A stretch of DNA of 64,000 nt, taken from contig OZ024750.1 in NCBI GenBank assembly GCA_964016885.1, positions 22,506,001-22,570,000 of the forward strand, read 5' to 3'. Both the position numbers and the translations under genes were made by a program. The notes below the pieces were generated by a model, which ran no database searches, had not been told where the DNA came from, and saw only the letters and a list, made by a program, of their open reading frames with translations. Source of the DNA: Eledone cirrhosa. Lineage: Eukaryota. Shown piece by piece: positions 12,105 through 25,038 of the stretch (position 1 is its first letter; every line of letters begins with the position of its first letter).

Positions 12105-14157
12105 GCAGTGTTGTGTAAATACTGTAGTGTATTGCAGTGTAGTGTTGTGTAAATACTGTAGTGTGGTGTGATCAGTGTTGTGTAAACACTGTAGTGTATT
12201 GTGGTGTGGTCAGTGTTGTGTAAACACTGTAGTGTATTGTGGTGTGGGCAGTGTTGTGTAAACACTGTAGTGTATTGTGGTGTGATCAGTGTTGTGTAAA
12301 CACTGTAGTGTATTGTGGTGTGGTCAGTGTTGTGTAAACACTGTAGTGTATTGTGGTGTGGGCAGTGTTGTGTAAACACTGTAGTGTATTGTGGTGTGGG
12401 CAGTGTTGTGTAAACACTGTAGTGTATTGTGGTGTGGGCAGTGTTGTGTAAACACTGTAGTGTATTGTGGTGTGGGCAGTGTTGTGTAAACACTGTAGTG
12501 TATTGTGGTGTGATCAGTGTTGTGTAAACACTGTAGTGTATTGTGGTGTGGGCAGTGTTGTGTAAACACTGTAGTGTATTGTGGTGTGGGCAGTGTTGTG
12601 TAAACACTGTAGTGTATTGTGGTGTGGGCAGTGTTGTGTAAACACTGTAGTGTATTGTGGTGTGGGCAGTGTTGTGTAAACACTGTAGTGTATTGTGGTG
12701 TGGGCAGTGTTGTGTAAACACTGTAGTGTATTGTGGTGTGATCAGTGTTGTGTAAACACTGTAGTGTATTGTGGTGTGGTCAGTGTTGTGTAAACACTGT
12801 AGTGTATTGTGGTGTGGGCAGTGTTGTGTAAACACTGTAGTGTATTGTGGTGTGGGCAGTGTTGTGTAAACACTGTAGTGTATTGTGGTGTGGGCAGTGT
12901 TGTGTAAACACTGTAGTGTATTGTGGTGTGGGCAGTGTTATGTAAACACTGTAGTGTATTGTGGTGTGGGCAGTGTTATGTAAACCTTGTAGTGTATTGT
13001 GGTGTGGTCAGTGTTGTGTAAACACTGTAGTGTATTGTGGTGTGGGCAGTGTTGTGTAAACACTGTAGTGTATTGTGGTGTGGGCAGTGTTGTGTAAACA
13101 CTGTAGTGTATTGTGGTGTGGGCAGTGTTGTGTAAACACTGTAGTGTATTGTGGTGTGGGCAGTGTTGTGTAAACACTGTAGTGTATTGTGGTGTGGTCA
13201 GTGTTGTGTAAACACTGTAGTGTATTGTGGTGTGGGCAGTGTTGTGTAAACACTGTAGTGTATTGTGGTGTGGGCAGTGTTGTGTAAACACTGTAGTGTA
13301 TTGTGGTGTGGGCAGTGTTGTGTAAACACTGTAGTGTATTGTGGTGTGGGCAGTGTTGTGTAAACACTGTAGTGTATTGTGGTGTGATCAGTGTTGTGTA
13401 AACACTGTAGTGTATTGTGGTGTGGTCAGTGTTGTGTAAACACTGTAGTGTATTGTGGTGTGGGCAGTGTTGTGTAAACACTGTAGTGTATTGTGGTGTG
13501 GGCAGTGTTGTGTAAACACTGTAGTGTATTGTGGTGTGGGCAGTGTTGTGTAAACACTGTAGTGTATTGTGGTGTGATCAGTGTTGTGTAAACACTGTAG
13601 TGTATTGTGGTGTGGTCAGTGTTGTGTAAACACTGTAGTGTATTGTGGTGTGGGCAGTGTTGTGTAAACACTGTAGTGTATTGTGGTGTGGGCAGTGTTG
13701 TGTAAACACTGTAGTGTATTGTGGTGTGGGCAGTGTTGTGTAAACACTGTAGTGTATTGTGGTGTGGGCAGTGTTATGTAAACACTGTAGTGTATTGTGG
13801 TGTGGGCAGTGTTATGTAAACACTGTAGTGTATTGTGGTGTGGTCAGTGTTGTGTAAACACTGTAGTGTATTGTGGTGTGGGCAGTGTTGTGTAAACACT
13901 GTAGTGTATTGTGGTGTGGGCAGTGTTGTGTAAACACTGTAGTGTATTGTGATGTGGTCAGTGTTATGTAAACACTGTAGTGTATTGTGGTGTGGGCAGT
14001 GTTATGTAAACACTGTAGTGTATTGTGGTGTGGTCAGTGTTATGTAAACACTGTAGTGTATTGTGGTGTGGGCAGTGTTATGTAAACACTGTAGTGTATT
14101 GTGGTGTGGGCAGTGTTATGTAAACACTGTAGTGTATTGTGGTGTAGGCAGTGTTGT
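12105..14157. repeat. 38-bp minisatellite, about 54 copies
   Basis: Unit GTGTTGTGTAAACACTGTAGTGTATTGTGGTGTGGGCA with GGGCA/GATCA/GGTCA variants and no spacers. Confidence 0.97.
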
Positions 14158-14799
14158 CAGGGTAGTATGGTATAGTGTAGTGTGGTGTAGTTGTTGTTTA
14201 GCCTCATCAGCAGGGATCGAGCACACATATAATGAAAGACATTTCAGCCGTGGCCATTCTGCCTGTTTATTAAGAACTACATTGACCAATGTGTCATTCT
14301 TTATGGCGCTAGGGTGTAATTTCCCGGAGATTCAGCAAACTTAGCGACCACGTAGATGCTCCTCTCATTACATTTAAGATAATGTTATTGTTGTTGTTGT
14401 TGTTGTTTAAATTCTATAATTAAAGACGTTCCAGCCGTGATCATCTAATCCCCCCCCCCCCCTCAAGAGAATGTCGTTCCACTTTTTTTTCAAAAATAGT
14501 CAGATCGAGTGACCACATTATGCAGCTTTTGTTAGTATTAAACGGTATAAATAATGTAGCAGACAGTGTAGTATGTAGAGAGTATGTAACTAGCGTAGTT
14601 TAATAGTTTAGCGATTATTGTCTATATATTATACACAAGTTGACACGGTGCATTATGTAATGTATACAAGCTAAGCAATTTTCAGTAATGTATACAGTAT
14701 ACTGGGATGCACGTGTTCAAGCGCAGAACATACACGTGTGCGTATGTACACATAGATACATAATACACATACACACGGACAAACACACACACACGCGTA

Positions 14800-14839
<40 letters not shown>

Positions 14840-14874
14840 ATATAAGATCAAAAGATGGTTAAAGGAGTTCAATA

Positions 14875-14945
14875 TATTTTATTATGCGCATTTCAAAAAC
14901 AAACATCATCAAACAATAATATTTGTGTTTTCATCAGATAAAACA
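14875..14945 (-). ncRNA. Type I hammerhead ribozyme
   Basis: Minus strand: TGTTTTAT-CTGATGA-(long stem II aaacacaaatattat/atgatgtttgttttt)-GAAA-TGCGCA-TA-ATAAAATA. Stem I is 8 bp, stem III is the palindrome ATGCGCAT, and the cleavage triplet is AUA. Confidence 0.75.
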
Positions 14946-15122
14946 GGAGAACATGATATGAAGGCTAAAAAAACACTTGTTGATAGTGCAGTTTTAAATC
15001 AACATATCTGCATTGCTTTATTGTACTACAATAAAACTCACCTCCTACATTTATATATATATATATATATATATATACGATATTAAACAAATGGAAACTA
15101 TTTATATTTATAAAACCATATT

Positions 15123-15188
15123 TATTTCGTTATATATATTTCTGGGATATCATATTAAAAATATGTTATGCCTTCCTCAGACAAAATA
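15123..15188 (-). ncRNA. Type I hammerhead ribozyme (inverted arm copy)
   Basis: Reverse complement of 15298-15363. Confidence 0.65.
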
Positions 15189-15297
15189 CAATACATAAGC
15201 TGTTTTATAAATAATTAGTGACATACCTTGTGATAATGCAACTTCCTTTTAAAAAGTTGATATGTCACTAATTATTTATAAAACAGCTTATGTATTG

Positions 15298-15363
15298 TAT
15301 TTTGTCTGAGGAAGGCATAACATATTTTTAATATGATATCCCAGAAATATATATAACGAAATA
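15298..15363 (+). ncRNA. Type I hammerhead ribozyme
   Basis: TATTTTGT-CTGAGGA-(agg...catatt ttt aatatg...cca)-GAAA-TATATA-TA-ACGAAATA. Stem I is 8 bp with one G-U pair, and the base of stem II is mismatched in this copy. Confidence 0.7.
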
Positions 15364-15497
15364 AATATGGTTTTATAAATATAAATATAGTTTCCATTTG
15401 TTTAATATCGTAAACCTACTCCAGAAACTGTTGAGTGCTTTTATATCAGTTATAAAATATTTACTCGTTGTAACCCAACAATCTTAAATAAAACTTT

Positions 15498-15542
<45 letters not shown>

Positions 15543-15598
15543 ATATATATATATTAAAATATAAGTATTAATATAATAGATGTTCTTTTGATCAATTA

Positions 15599-15653
15599 CA
15601 TTTTATTATACATATTTCGAATGTACAACAGTACGTCCTCATCAGACAAAATA
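15599..15653 (-). ncRNA. Type I hammerhead ribozyme
   Basis: Minus strand: TATTTTGT-CTGATGA-GGAcGTAC tgtt GTACaTTC-GAAA-TATGTA-TA-ATAAAATG, preceded by CAGG|GTATGTC. Confidence 0.75.
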
Positions 15654-15888
15654 TAATGATACATGACATACCCTGAGATATTAAATGGTTAAGATTTAAT
15701 CAAGGTAGATATATATTAATACTTATATGTTAAGATTTAATCAAGGTAGATATATATTAATACTTATATATTAATACTTATATTTTAATATTAATAACTC
15801 CTGAAAATTATTTTCTGTTGAGTGCTTCCAATCTACTGTAAAACTCATTCTTTGACATAATCATCGAATATTGTTTAACAACTTAATA

Positions 15889-15931
<43 letters not shown>

Positions 15932-16000
15932 TGTCCGCAAACAATGTATACATACTTCAACAGCATTCTAATAATTTTGTATACATTTTTGGGGACACCC

Positions 16001-16047
<47 letters not shown>

Positions 16048-16782
16048 GTATATAGTGTCCGCAAAAAATGTATACACACTTCAACAGCATTCCGGCATTC
16101 TAATAAATATGTGTATATATTTTTGGAGGACACCCTGTGTGTGTGTTGTGTGTGTGTTTATATATATATATATATATATATATGCAATAAAGTTTATATA
16201 TACTGTATATATATGCAATAAAGTTTATATATACTGTATATATATATGTGTTTATATATATATATATATATATATATAGTGCCCGCAAAAAATGTATACA
16301 TACTTCAACAGCATTCTAATAATTATGTGTATATATTTTTTTGGGGGGAAACCCTGTATATATGAACAATAAAGAGACAAGTTTATATATACTGTATTTA
16401 TGTGTATATCATTATTACCGTTTAACATCTATTTCCCTGCATGCATGGGTCAGATCATCACGTTAATAGAATATCCACTAGTCAGGTGACCATGTCTTGC
16501 TCATCCGTTTTAGCCTCGTTTGGTTTCTATGGCTAGATGCCCTTCCAAATGCCGAAGGGTATCGGGAGGTGACCATAGTTAAAAAAAAAAAAAAGGTACT
16601 AATGCGTTCGCAAAGTATAGGTATTTTTATTTTATATAGAAATTACTTCTACAGGACTAGAACTAATTCATTCGTCTGGAATCATCAGGAATGTATGTAT
16701 GTATGTATGTATGTATGTATGTATGTATGTATGTATGTATGTATGTATGTATGTATGTATGTATGTATGTATGTATGTATTT

Positions 16783-17310
16783 AAGCACTATGTGTCGATA
16801 ATTGTCACAAGTGTAGTGTTTGTACCAGAGTTTTCAAGTCGCTGGCTGGACTAAAAAGTCACACTCGTTCAGCGCATCGGTAGGGGTTCTCCTACATGGA
16901 TATAAAGTAGTGGCCGTACTCGAAAACGAGTTGGCAGCCACCATGTATGTATGTATGTATGTATTTAAGCACTATGTGTCGATAATTGTCACAAGTGTAG
17001 TGTTTGTACCAGAGTTTTCAAGTCGCTGGCTGGACTAAAAAGTCACACTCGTTCAGCGCATCGGTAGGGGTTCTCCTACATGGATATAAAGTAGTGGCCG
17101 TACTCGAAAACGAGTTGGCAGCCACCATGTATGTATGTATGTATGTATTTAAGCACTATGTGTCGATAATTGTCACAAGTGTAGTGTTTGTACCAGAGTT
17201 TTCAAGTCGCTGGCTGGACTAAAAAGTCACACTCGTTCAGCGCATCGGTAGGGGTTCTCCTACATGGATATAAAGTAGTGGCCGTACTCGAAAACGAGTT
17301 GGCAGCCACC
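16783..17310 (+). mobile_element. Three tandem 184-bp copies of an RTE 3' end separated by (ATGT)n
   Basis: Period 184 (equivalent positions 16820, 17004, 17188). Same sequence as 9645-9804. Confidence 0.9.
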
Positions 17311-17530
17311 ATGTATGTATGTATGTATGTATGTATGTATGTATGTATGTATGTATGTATGTATGTATGTATGTTTGTATGTATGTATTATGCATGCATG
17401 TATGCGTGTATGAATGTATTATGCGTGCATGCATGTATGTATGTATATATATATATATATACACATATATATACATATCAGAATGAATGCGGTTAAAACG
17501 GTAGGCGCTCAGCGGCCGGGGTCCCGAATT

Positions 17531-17584
<54 letters not shown>

Positions 17585-17731
17585 CACTGCTTTATTTCTA
17601 TATCAACTATATTTTACAAAAATAAGTCATATACAATGATGGAATTAAATATATATATATATATATATGTTTATAACTGATTTAGAGCACTCAACAGACA
17701 CTGGAGTAAATATTCAAATTAATGTATAATT

Positions 17732-17767
<36 letters not shown>

Positions 17768-17786
17768 TATCATTGAATATTTATTT

Positions 17787-17818
<32 letters not shown>

Positions 17819-17823
17819 TATAG

Positions 17824-17884
<61 letters not shown>

Positions 17885-17886
<2 letters not shown>

Positions 17887-18018
17887 AAATGTGGTAAGGA
17901 ACCAGATGGACCATAACGCACCAAAGTACTCAATACTTAGGGTAGTAGAGTGGGTAATAGGAACGAGTAGGACCCCGACGGCTGAGCTCAAGCCGTTTCG
18001 ACGACTAATTCTGGACTA
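17885..18018 (-). mobile_element. Copy of the 6135-6338 hammerhead-half module inside (TA)n
   Basis: ggaaatgtggtaaggaacca...aagtactcaatac...gacggctgagctcaagccgtttcgac. Confidence 0.7.
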
Positions 18019-18060
18019 AAATATATATCTATACACACACAAATATATATATATACACAA

Positions 18061-18091
<31 letters not shown>

Positions 18092-18335
18092 TATACACAT
18101 ATACACACATCATACATAAATACGCATACATATACAAAAATTACTACCGTCTCCACACTTTTTATGAAAAAAATAAATGTTCCTGAATAAATATCTCCCC
18201 AAACTTTATATTTTCATTACTGGTTGAATAAACTATAAGTAGTCCCAGGCGTTCCTGGGTCTTCCACTCTCATCAGTACATGTTTTATTGTTATATATAA
18301 ATACGTGATATCTTCAAAACCATATCATTAACATT

Positions 18336-18520
18336 AATTGTTTCTACTTTGGGCACAAGGCCAGCAATTACCCAGTACATTACTGGTACTTTATTTTATC
18401 GTCCACGTAAGGAGGAAAGGCGAAGTTAACCTCGGCGGGATTTGAACTCAGAATGGCAAGGGCCGTAACTCTATGCGTCTCAAAGCATGGCGTCCGACCC
18501 TCTACCGATGCTGCCAATCC
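18336..18520 (-). mobile_element. SINE family A
   Basis: Matches the 2081-2281 copy. Confidence 0.85.
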
Positions 18521-18851
18521 ATTGTTAACATTAATACATGTCTGTCTGTTTGTCTGTCCATCTGTGTGTCTGTCTGTCCATCTGTGTATCTGTGTATCTG
18601 TGTCTGTGTGTCTGAGTATCTGTGTGCCTGTGTGTCTGTCCATCTGTGTATCTGTGTATCTGTGTATCTGTGTCTGTGTGTCTGAGTATCTGTGTGTCTG
18701 TGTGTCTGTCCATTTGTGTTGTCTCTCTATCTGTCTATCCATCCATCCTAAACCCACATACACACACTTCTGTCCCCATTCAGACTATTTAACAAACTCT
18801 ATATATATTTCTTTCTCTCTCTATATATATATACACACAAACAAATGTATA

Positions 18852-18884
<33 letters not shown>

Positions 18885-18909
18885 TGTATGTATGTATGTA
18901 TGTATGTAT

Positions 18910-19241
18910 GATGGTATCCAATGATGTTGACTTGTTCTTCTTTTTGGTAAATATCATCTTGGCTAAGAGAGTGGGACTGGCTTTGTGCAGTGCCTTTGCT
19001 CACTATAAAAGCTTCACGGCACAGGCATTGCTTTATATCTGGAGATCTCTCTGCACTTGCCGTCACATGGTACCATGGGCCCAGCACTATGTGTCAATAA
19101 TTGTCACAAGTGTAGTGTTTGTACCAGAGTTTTCAAGTCGCTGGCTGGACTAAAAAGTCACAGTTGTTCAGCGCATCGGTAGGGGTTTTCCTACATGGAT
19201 ATAAAGTAGTGGCCGTACTCGAAAACGAGTTGGCAGCCACC
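18910..19241 (+). mobile_element. Bipartite RTE-derived element inside (ATGT)n
   Basis: Near-identical to 9491-9804 with a slightly longer 5' end. Confidence 0.8.
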
Positions 19242-19276
19242 ATGTATGTATGTATGTATGTATGTATGTATGTATG

Positions 19277-19305
<29 letters not shown>

Positions 19306-19308
<3 letters not shown>

Positions 19309-19704
19309 GGTGTACAGGGCATGTGTGCTCTCTTGTCTTCTTTATGCCTGCGAGACCTGTATCACATATCGACACCACCTTAAGCAATTGGAGCGTTTCC
19401 ATCAGATGTGTCTCAGACGGATCCATGGCGTTCACTGGAGGGACCACATCAGTGATGTCGAGATTTTGGAAAGCTCTATGTGTGACAGTATAGAAGCTGT
19501 TGTGCTTAAGCAACGACTCCGTTGGAGTGGTCACCTTGCCAGGATGAAGGATTCTAGAATACCAAAACAACTCTTTTATGGAGAGTTGGTTAAAGGAAAA
19601 CGACCGCCACATAAACCAAAAAAGAGGTATAAGGATTCCTTGAAAGCCTCTTTGAAAGACGCTAATATCTCTGCTGATAAATGGGAAAATATTGCTGCTG
19701 ATCA
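19306..19704 (+). mobile_element. RTE-clade LINE ORF fragment (post-RT region)
   Basis: KVYRACVLSCLLYACET...LERFHQMCLRRI..VHWRD.ISD.EIL...RLRWSGHLARM...RIPKQLFYGEL..GKR matches the RTE-clade C-terminal signature. It is bounded by (ATGT)n on both sides. Confidence 0.9.
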
Positions 19705-19880
19705 TGTATGTATGTATGTATAGTTGATAAATGAACAAACAAAACAGAGGCAATATTTACAGAGAAATTACTTCTACATGACTAGAACTGTTCCATTCGT
19801 ATGAAATCATCCTAACGTATTGAGTACTTTTTAAAACTGTGGTCACCTTCTGATACTCATCGCGAACCCATCCATAATTA

Positions 19881-19971
19881 TATATTGGGTCGTCAAGTAT
19901 GAAATTTGTAGAAATTTGTAGAAAAAAAACACAACAAATTTCTACAAATTTCATACTTGACGACCCAATAT
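19881..19971. repeat. Hairpin (about 38-bp arms)
   Basis: tatattgggtcgtcaagtatgaaatttgtagaaatttgt / acaaatttctacaaatttcatacttgacgacccaatata. Confidence 0.85.
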
Positions 19972-20111
19972 ATACAATATACACACATTACACACACGCA
20001 CCGCACACACACACGTTTCTTTTTCGGGCTGTCTCCATTCAGACTAGGGCAGTGTCACGGATACTCCACTTTTACCTGAACAGAGCCATGCTCTCTAGTT
20101 AAACCCACATA

Positions 20112-20210
<99 letters not shown>

Positions 20211-20337
20211 ACCATACCATCAGTTAAAAACATTGAACAGGATATTTTAATGTAATCAATACATTCAACTATACATTTTATACATACAACAATATAATAT
20301 CATTATATACGTGCATACATACATATTATACGTACGT

Positions 20338-20385
<48 letters not shown>

Positions 20386-20388
20386 ATC

Positions 20389-20433
<45 letters not shown>

Positions 20434-20446
20434 GTGTGTGTGTGTG

Positions 20447-20529
<83 letters not shown>

Positions 20530-20954
20530 ATATACAATAACATGATATTTTCAGTTAGGAAATCGTACAGTATGTATAGAAGGTATTGATTTCTTTTAAA
20601 TTTTAAACGAGAGGATATGTATATGTATGTCATGGAATAGGCCTCCGTCTCCTACGACGATGACTGTTCCAGTGATTCGATCAACGGAAAGGCTTGCTTG
20701 TGAAATCAACGCACATATAGTCGCTGAGCCTTTCACAGACCCGTACATCCTTAACGTAGATCTCTAGGGTTTCATCGTGACACAGTGTGTGACAAGACCG
20801 GCCTTTTGAATTTCGAGTACTCTTCATCTTGTATGAAAATGTAAATAGCTGAGCATTTCATAGATACGTGTACTGTTATCGAAGTTATCAGGGAGATTCA
20901 ACACGATAGAGTGTGTGATAAAGCTGCTTTTTTTTTTTCCTTTTTAATTACACA

Positions 20955-21530
20955 TACAGTCCTTCCGACGGGATTCCAAAGTTTCCGTCTACCCAGTTTA
21001 ATTCACAAAGCTTGGATCGACTCGAGGCAACGGTAAAGATACTTGCCCAAGATGCCACATAGTCAGATCGACTCGAGGCAACGGTAAAGATACTTGCCCA
21101 AAATGCCACACAGTCAGATATATTCGAGACAACGGTAAAGATACTTGCTCAAGATGCCACATAGTCAGATCGACTCGAGGCAACGGTAAAGATACTTGCC
21201 CAAGATGCTATACAGTCAGATATATTCGAGACCACGGTAAAGATACTTGCCCAAGATGCCACACAGTCAGATATATTCGAGACAACGGTAAAGATACTTG
21301 CTCAAGATGCCACACAGTCAGATATATTCGAGACAACGGTAAAGATACTTGCCCAAGATGCCACATAGTCAGATCGACTCGAGGCAACGGTAAAAATACT
21401 TGCTCAAGATGTCACACATTCAGATCGACTCGAGGCAACTGTAAAGATACTTGCTCAAGATGCCATGCAGTCAGATCGAACCTTGGAGCTTATGATTGTA
21501 AAGTAAACTTCTTAACTATTCGGCCATGTT
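20955..21530 (-). mobile_element. SINE family C with internal 51-bp tandem amplification (about 9 copies)
   Basis: The unit GATCGACTCGAGGCAACGGTAAAGATACTTGCCCAAGATGCCACATAGTCA repeats over 21015-21475. On the minus strand it lies between a tRNA-like head and the GGTAGACGGAAAC tail. Confidence 0.8.
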
Positions 21531-21758
21531 ACGCCCGTATGTATGTCAATATATATCTAGTACATACACATTTATACACACATACGTACACATACATAAA
21601 CACTTACATACACATAATCTGAAGCACGAAAGTTAATGTCAGCTTCACTCAAAGTGGAACCAATGCTTGAGCCTCTCCGTGGGCCTCGTCGGGCTGGATA
21701 TAGCAACCAAATCGCCCTCAAATGCAACCCTAGAAAACCTACGAAAAGACTTGATGGT

Positions 21759-21792
<34 letters not shown>

Positions 21793-21989
21793 GCTGCTGC
21801 TGCTACTACCGAGCTCTGTTCGGGCAGTCAGTTTGACCCATGACCCAAACTATCCATGTCCCTTCCATTCTATGTTCACCGCTCTGACCCTGTTCCAACG
21901 AGGGAGCCCCCCCCACACACACACACACCTCTCTCTCACTCACACACACGCACTAACACACACACACACACGCACTCACACACACACAA

Positions 21990-22290
21990 TGAGGACTTGT
22001 TTGATCAACGGAACAACCAGCTCATGAAATTAACGCGTAAGTGGCCGAGCATTTCACAGATACGTGTACACTTTACGCACTTCTCAGGGAGATTCGGTGT
22101 GACATAGTGTGTCTGACATGGCTGGCCATTTGAATTACAGGTACAACTCCTTTTGAAACACACCGCCTTTCCGTCCTCCGAATTGACTGGAGCAACATGA
22201 AATAAAGTGTCTTGCTTAAGGAAAAAACGCGTTGCCGGGAATCGAACTCCCAGTCTTACCATTGTGAACCGAGTACTCTAACCACATCGC
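21990..22290 (-). mobile_element. SINE family B
   Basis: Reverse complement of the 766-1082 type, with B-box GAGTTCGATTCCC. Confidence 0.75.
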
Positions 22291-22714
22291 CTGCATACAC
22301 ACCACACTGTTTCTTAACCCATTTTTTTCTACATTTCCATCCTTTAACTAGTTCACCCTCCCAGTTCCTACTCCTCCCTCTCCACACATGATAAAGTCAG
22401 TCATTTATACAACACAATACATATTACATAAGATTAACAGACTGCCATGAGATCAACATTAAAGAAAATATATCTAATAAAAACAGACGGCATAAATGAT
22501 GATAAAGAATTTAGTCTTTGTATGTCTTTCGCAAAATTCTTGATATGAAGTTGTCTGTTGAAACAGATACTGTTGTACTTTAAGAGGGTCATGGAAGTAA
22601 TGTGAAGGCGTATAGTTTAGTGATTAGGGTGTTTAGGGTTGCTACGAGCTCGATTCCCGGTGCCACGTTGTGTCATTGTGCAAGACACTTACTTTAACCC
22701 CACAACAATGCCTA

Positions 22715-23095
22715 CTTATGCTCTCTACATTCCAGGACCACACCATGAGAATTATGACTAGCAAGCGGCTCAGCGACCGTATCTGTACCAGTGAGCTGCT
22801 CAACATTACCAAACTTAGACCAATTACATCAATTGTCAAGTCAAGAGTAGTCAAACTATACAGTCATATAAAAAGATCAACTCGTGGTGTAAGTAGGTTA
22901 TGCCTGGAAGGAAGGTTGGCTGGTAAGAGAAGCAGAGGCAAAGGCCGGCAGCCAAAACGATGGCTTGACAATGTCAACTTATGGACTTGATCTTTGCTGT
23001 TTAAACTCTGCTGCTGGTGATCAAACCTTGTGGAGAAAGATATCACATGTTAATGCGAAGTCTGCGACGGACGGAGTTTAGCGTCACAAGAAGAA
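22715..23095 (+). mobile_element. RTE-clade LINE 3' fragment
   Basis: KLYSHIKR...CLEGRLAGKRSRG..QPKRWLDNV, ending GTCACAAGAAGAA. Homologous to 31085-31450 on the minus strand. Confidence 0.85.
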
Positions 23096-23693
23096 TGCCT
23101 ACGTTTATTTTCCTTTCCACCTAAAACTTTAAATCCCACTGGAACCCTAAATTTCCCCTACCCGATTACCGAAATTTCTCCCAGGAGCATAAATTGCCCC
23201 CATCCGCAAAGCTAAGAACTGTGTCTCTAGACAGACGTATAGATGTTTTTATATTTGATAGAAGCGGTGTGGTTAGTTAGACAAGTGTAGATACAATTTG
23301 TGTTTTGGGAGTAGTGTTTAGTAGAGATACAAGCTATCTGATTGTTTAGTGTCGAATTTTTCACTTCCAGAAGGGATGAAAATGTTTGGATTGAATTACA
23401 GAAGCACAGACGGCCATTCTGTGTGTGTGTGTGTGTGTAGAACACAAGATTTTGTTGTAGCGAAAGAAAGGAGAAAAGAAAATAACAGAGAGAATAAATG
23501 AGATGGAAAGACATATTGCTTTTAGGAAATGGTGTTGATGTTGGTGGGCTATAAGAAAGAGGGCGAGAGAGAGAGAGAGGTGGCTATAAGAAAAAAAAGG
23601 GGGGAGATAAAAATGATATATAAGAGAACGAGAAAAACTATAAGAGGGATAGAGAAAAAATTGGGAGATTAGAGAGGAGGAAGAGGGGAAGAG

Positions 23694-23744
<51 letters not shown>

Positions 23745-24152
23745 AAACAAAAGTATGTAAAAGTACAGACAAGAGGACGAAATTCTTAATTATAATAATT
23801 GTTTCAAAGATAAGCATAAGACCAGCAATTTGCTGATACTATCTGCTGGTCACAACTCCTGGTAGAAGGAGCCTGGATCAGATACCCCAAAATATCCCGT
23901 TCGACATTTTAACAATTCCGTCGATCCACCCTCACTGAACTAGTACTTTATTTATCGACAGTGAAAGAATAAAAAGTAAAGTTAGTTGACATCGGCGGGA
24001 TTTGAACTCAGACGGCAGAGAATCAGGACAACTACCGAGGTATTTAATCTGACGCCCAAGCAATTCTACCAATTGGCCGCCTTGGTAATGTTTTGGTTCA
24101 AATTCTTCCGCTTTTGTCTGGATTATTTACACCAGTCTCGGATGTTTTGGAT

Positions 24153-24772
24153 CAGCGGTCGCCCACCGGTGGTTCGAGAGAAAATTTTGGTGGTCCGCAG
24201 AAAGATTTGGACATTATTTGCAATTTTCATGTTTTATTAATAATAAAACCAAAATAATATTCGGTTAAAATATATTTTATAACCCCCCCCCCCCCCCCCC
24301 CATTAAAAATGTTTCTCCTCAGTAAAGAACTAACATCCATGAAAGAATTTTACACTTTTATATCATCTATCGACAATATGACACACGTATGCTTCAGTGT
24401 TGTTTCGACCATTACAACAGTCACCCCGCTCCGCGAATACCGATTCTCATTTATAATTTTGTTTTATTTAATAGGTGCATTTCATATTAATAAAATGAAA
24501 GTTCTCTAATCATTATTTTACAACGGACGCCATGCTTTCCAGCATAGTTACATCCCTTTACGATCTGAGTTCAAATCCCGCCGAGGTTTACTTTGCCTTT
24601 CATCCTTACGGGGGTCGATAAATTAAAGTACCAGTAATGCACTGGATAATTGCTGGCCTTGTGCCTAAAGTAGAAACAATTATTTTACAAATGTATTTAT
24701 CTTTAAAAAAAAAATCATATTAACGGTCCGCCGGATTTAAAATTATGAGATCCGAAAGGTTGGCGACCATAC
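24153..24772. mobile_element. hAT-like MITE interrupted by SINE family A (24523-24683, +)
   Basis: Left end CAGCGGTCGCCCACC and right end GGTTGGCGACCA, with internal GGTCCGC motifs. Confidence 0.55.
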
Positions 24773-24997
24773 TATGATGGTGACGTCATCCACGTATGTA
24801 GATACCGCTGTCTTGTCTCCTATCTCGAGCGTGATACCTCTTTGCACAAACAACTAGAAGAGTAGGACCTCAAGAGTCAAAATGCACCTAAGTGGTGAGA
24901 TGAGATAACGTTGATGAGTCGAACGCGTGATGTCAAACAGTTTGAATACGTGGCTATTTATACTGACAACCGAGCAGATGTCGCTGTGTGTGTGTGT

Positions 24998-25038
<41 letters not shown>

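Larger units (their letters stand above)
15078..15500 (+). mobile_element. PLE-like pLTR with inverted partial copy (about 150-bp arms) inside (TA)n
   Basis: 15078-15225 mirrors 15261-15410. The right arm continues through CTCCAG and TGTTGAGTGCT to a tail ending at (TA)n. Each arm carries a hammerhead. Confidence 0.75.

Noticed and set aside
12105-14157. CRISPR array or repetitive protein ORFs
   Set aside because: Contiguous 38-bp units with no unique spacers, eukaryotic context and no cas genes. The ORFs are by-products of the repeat.
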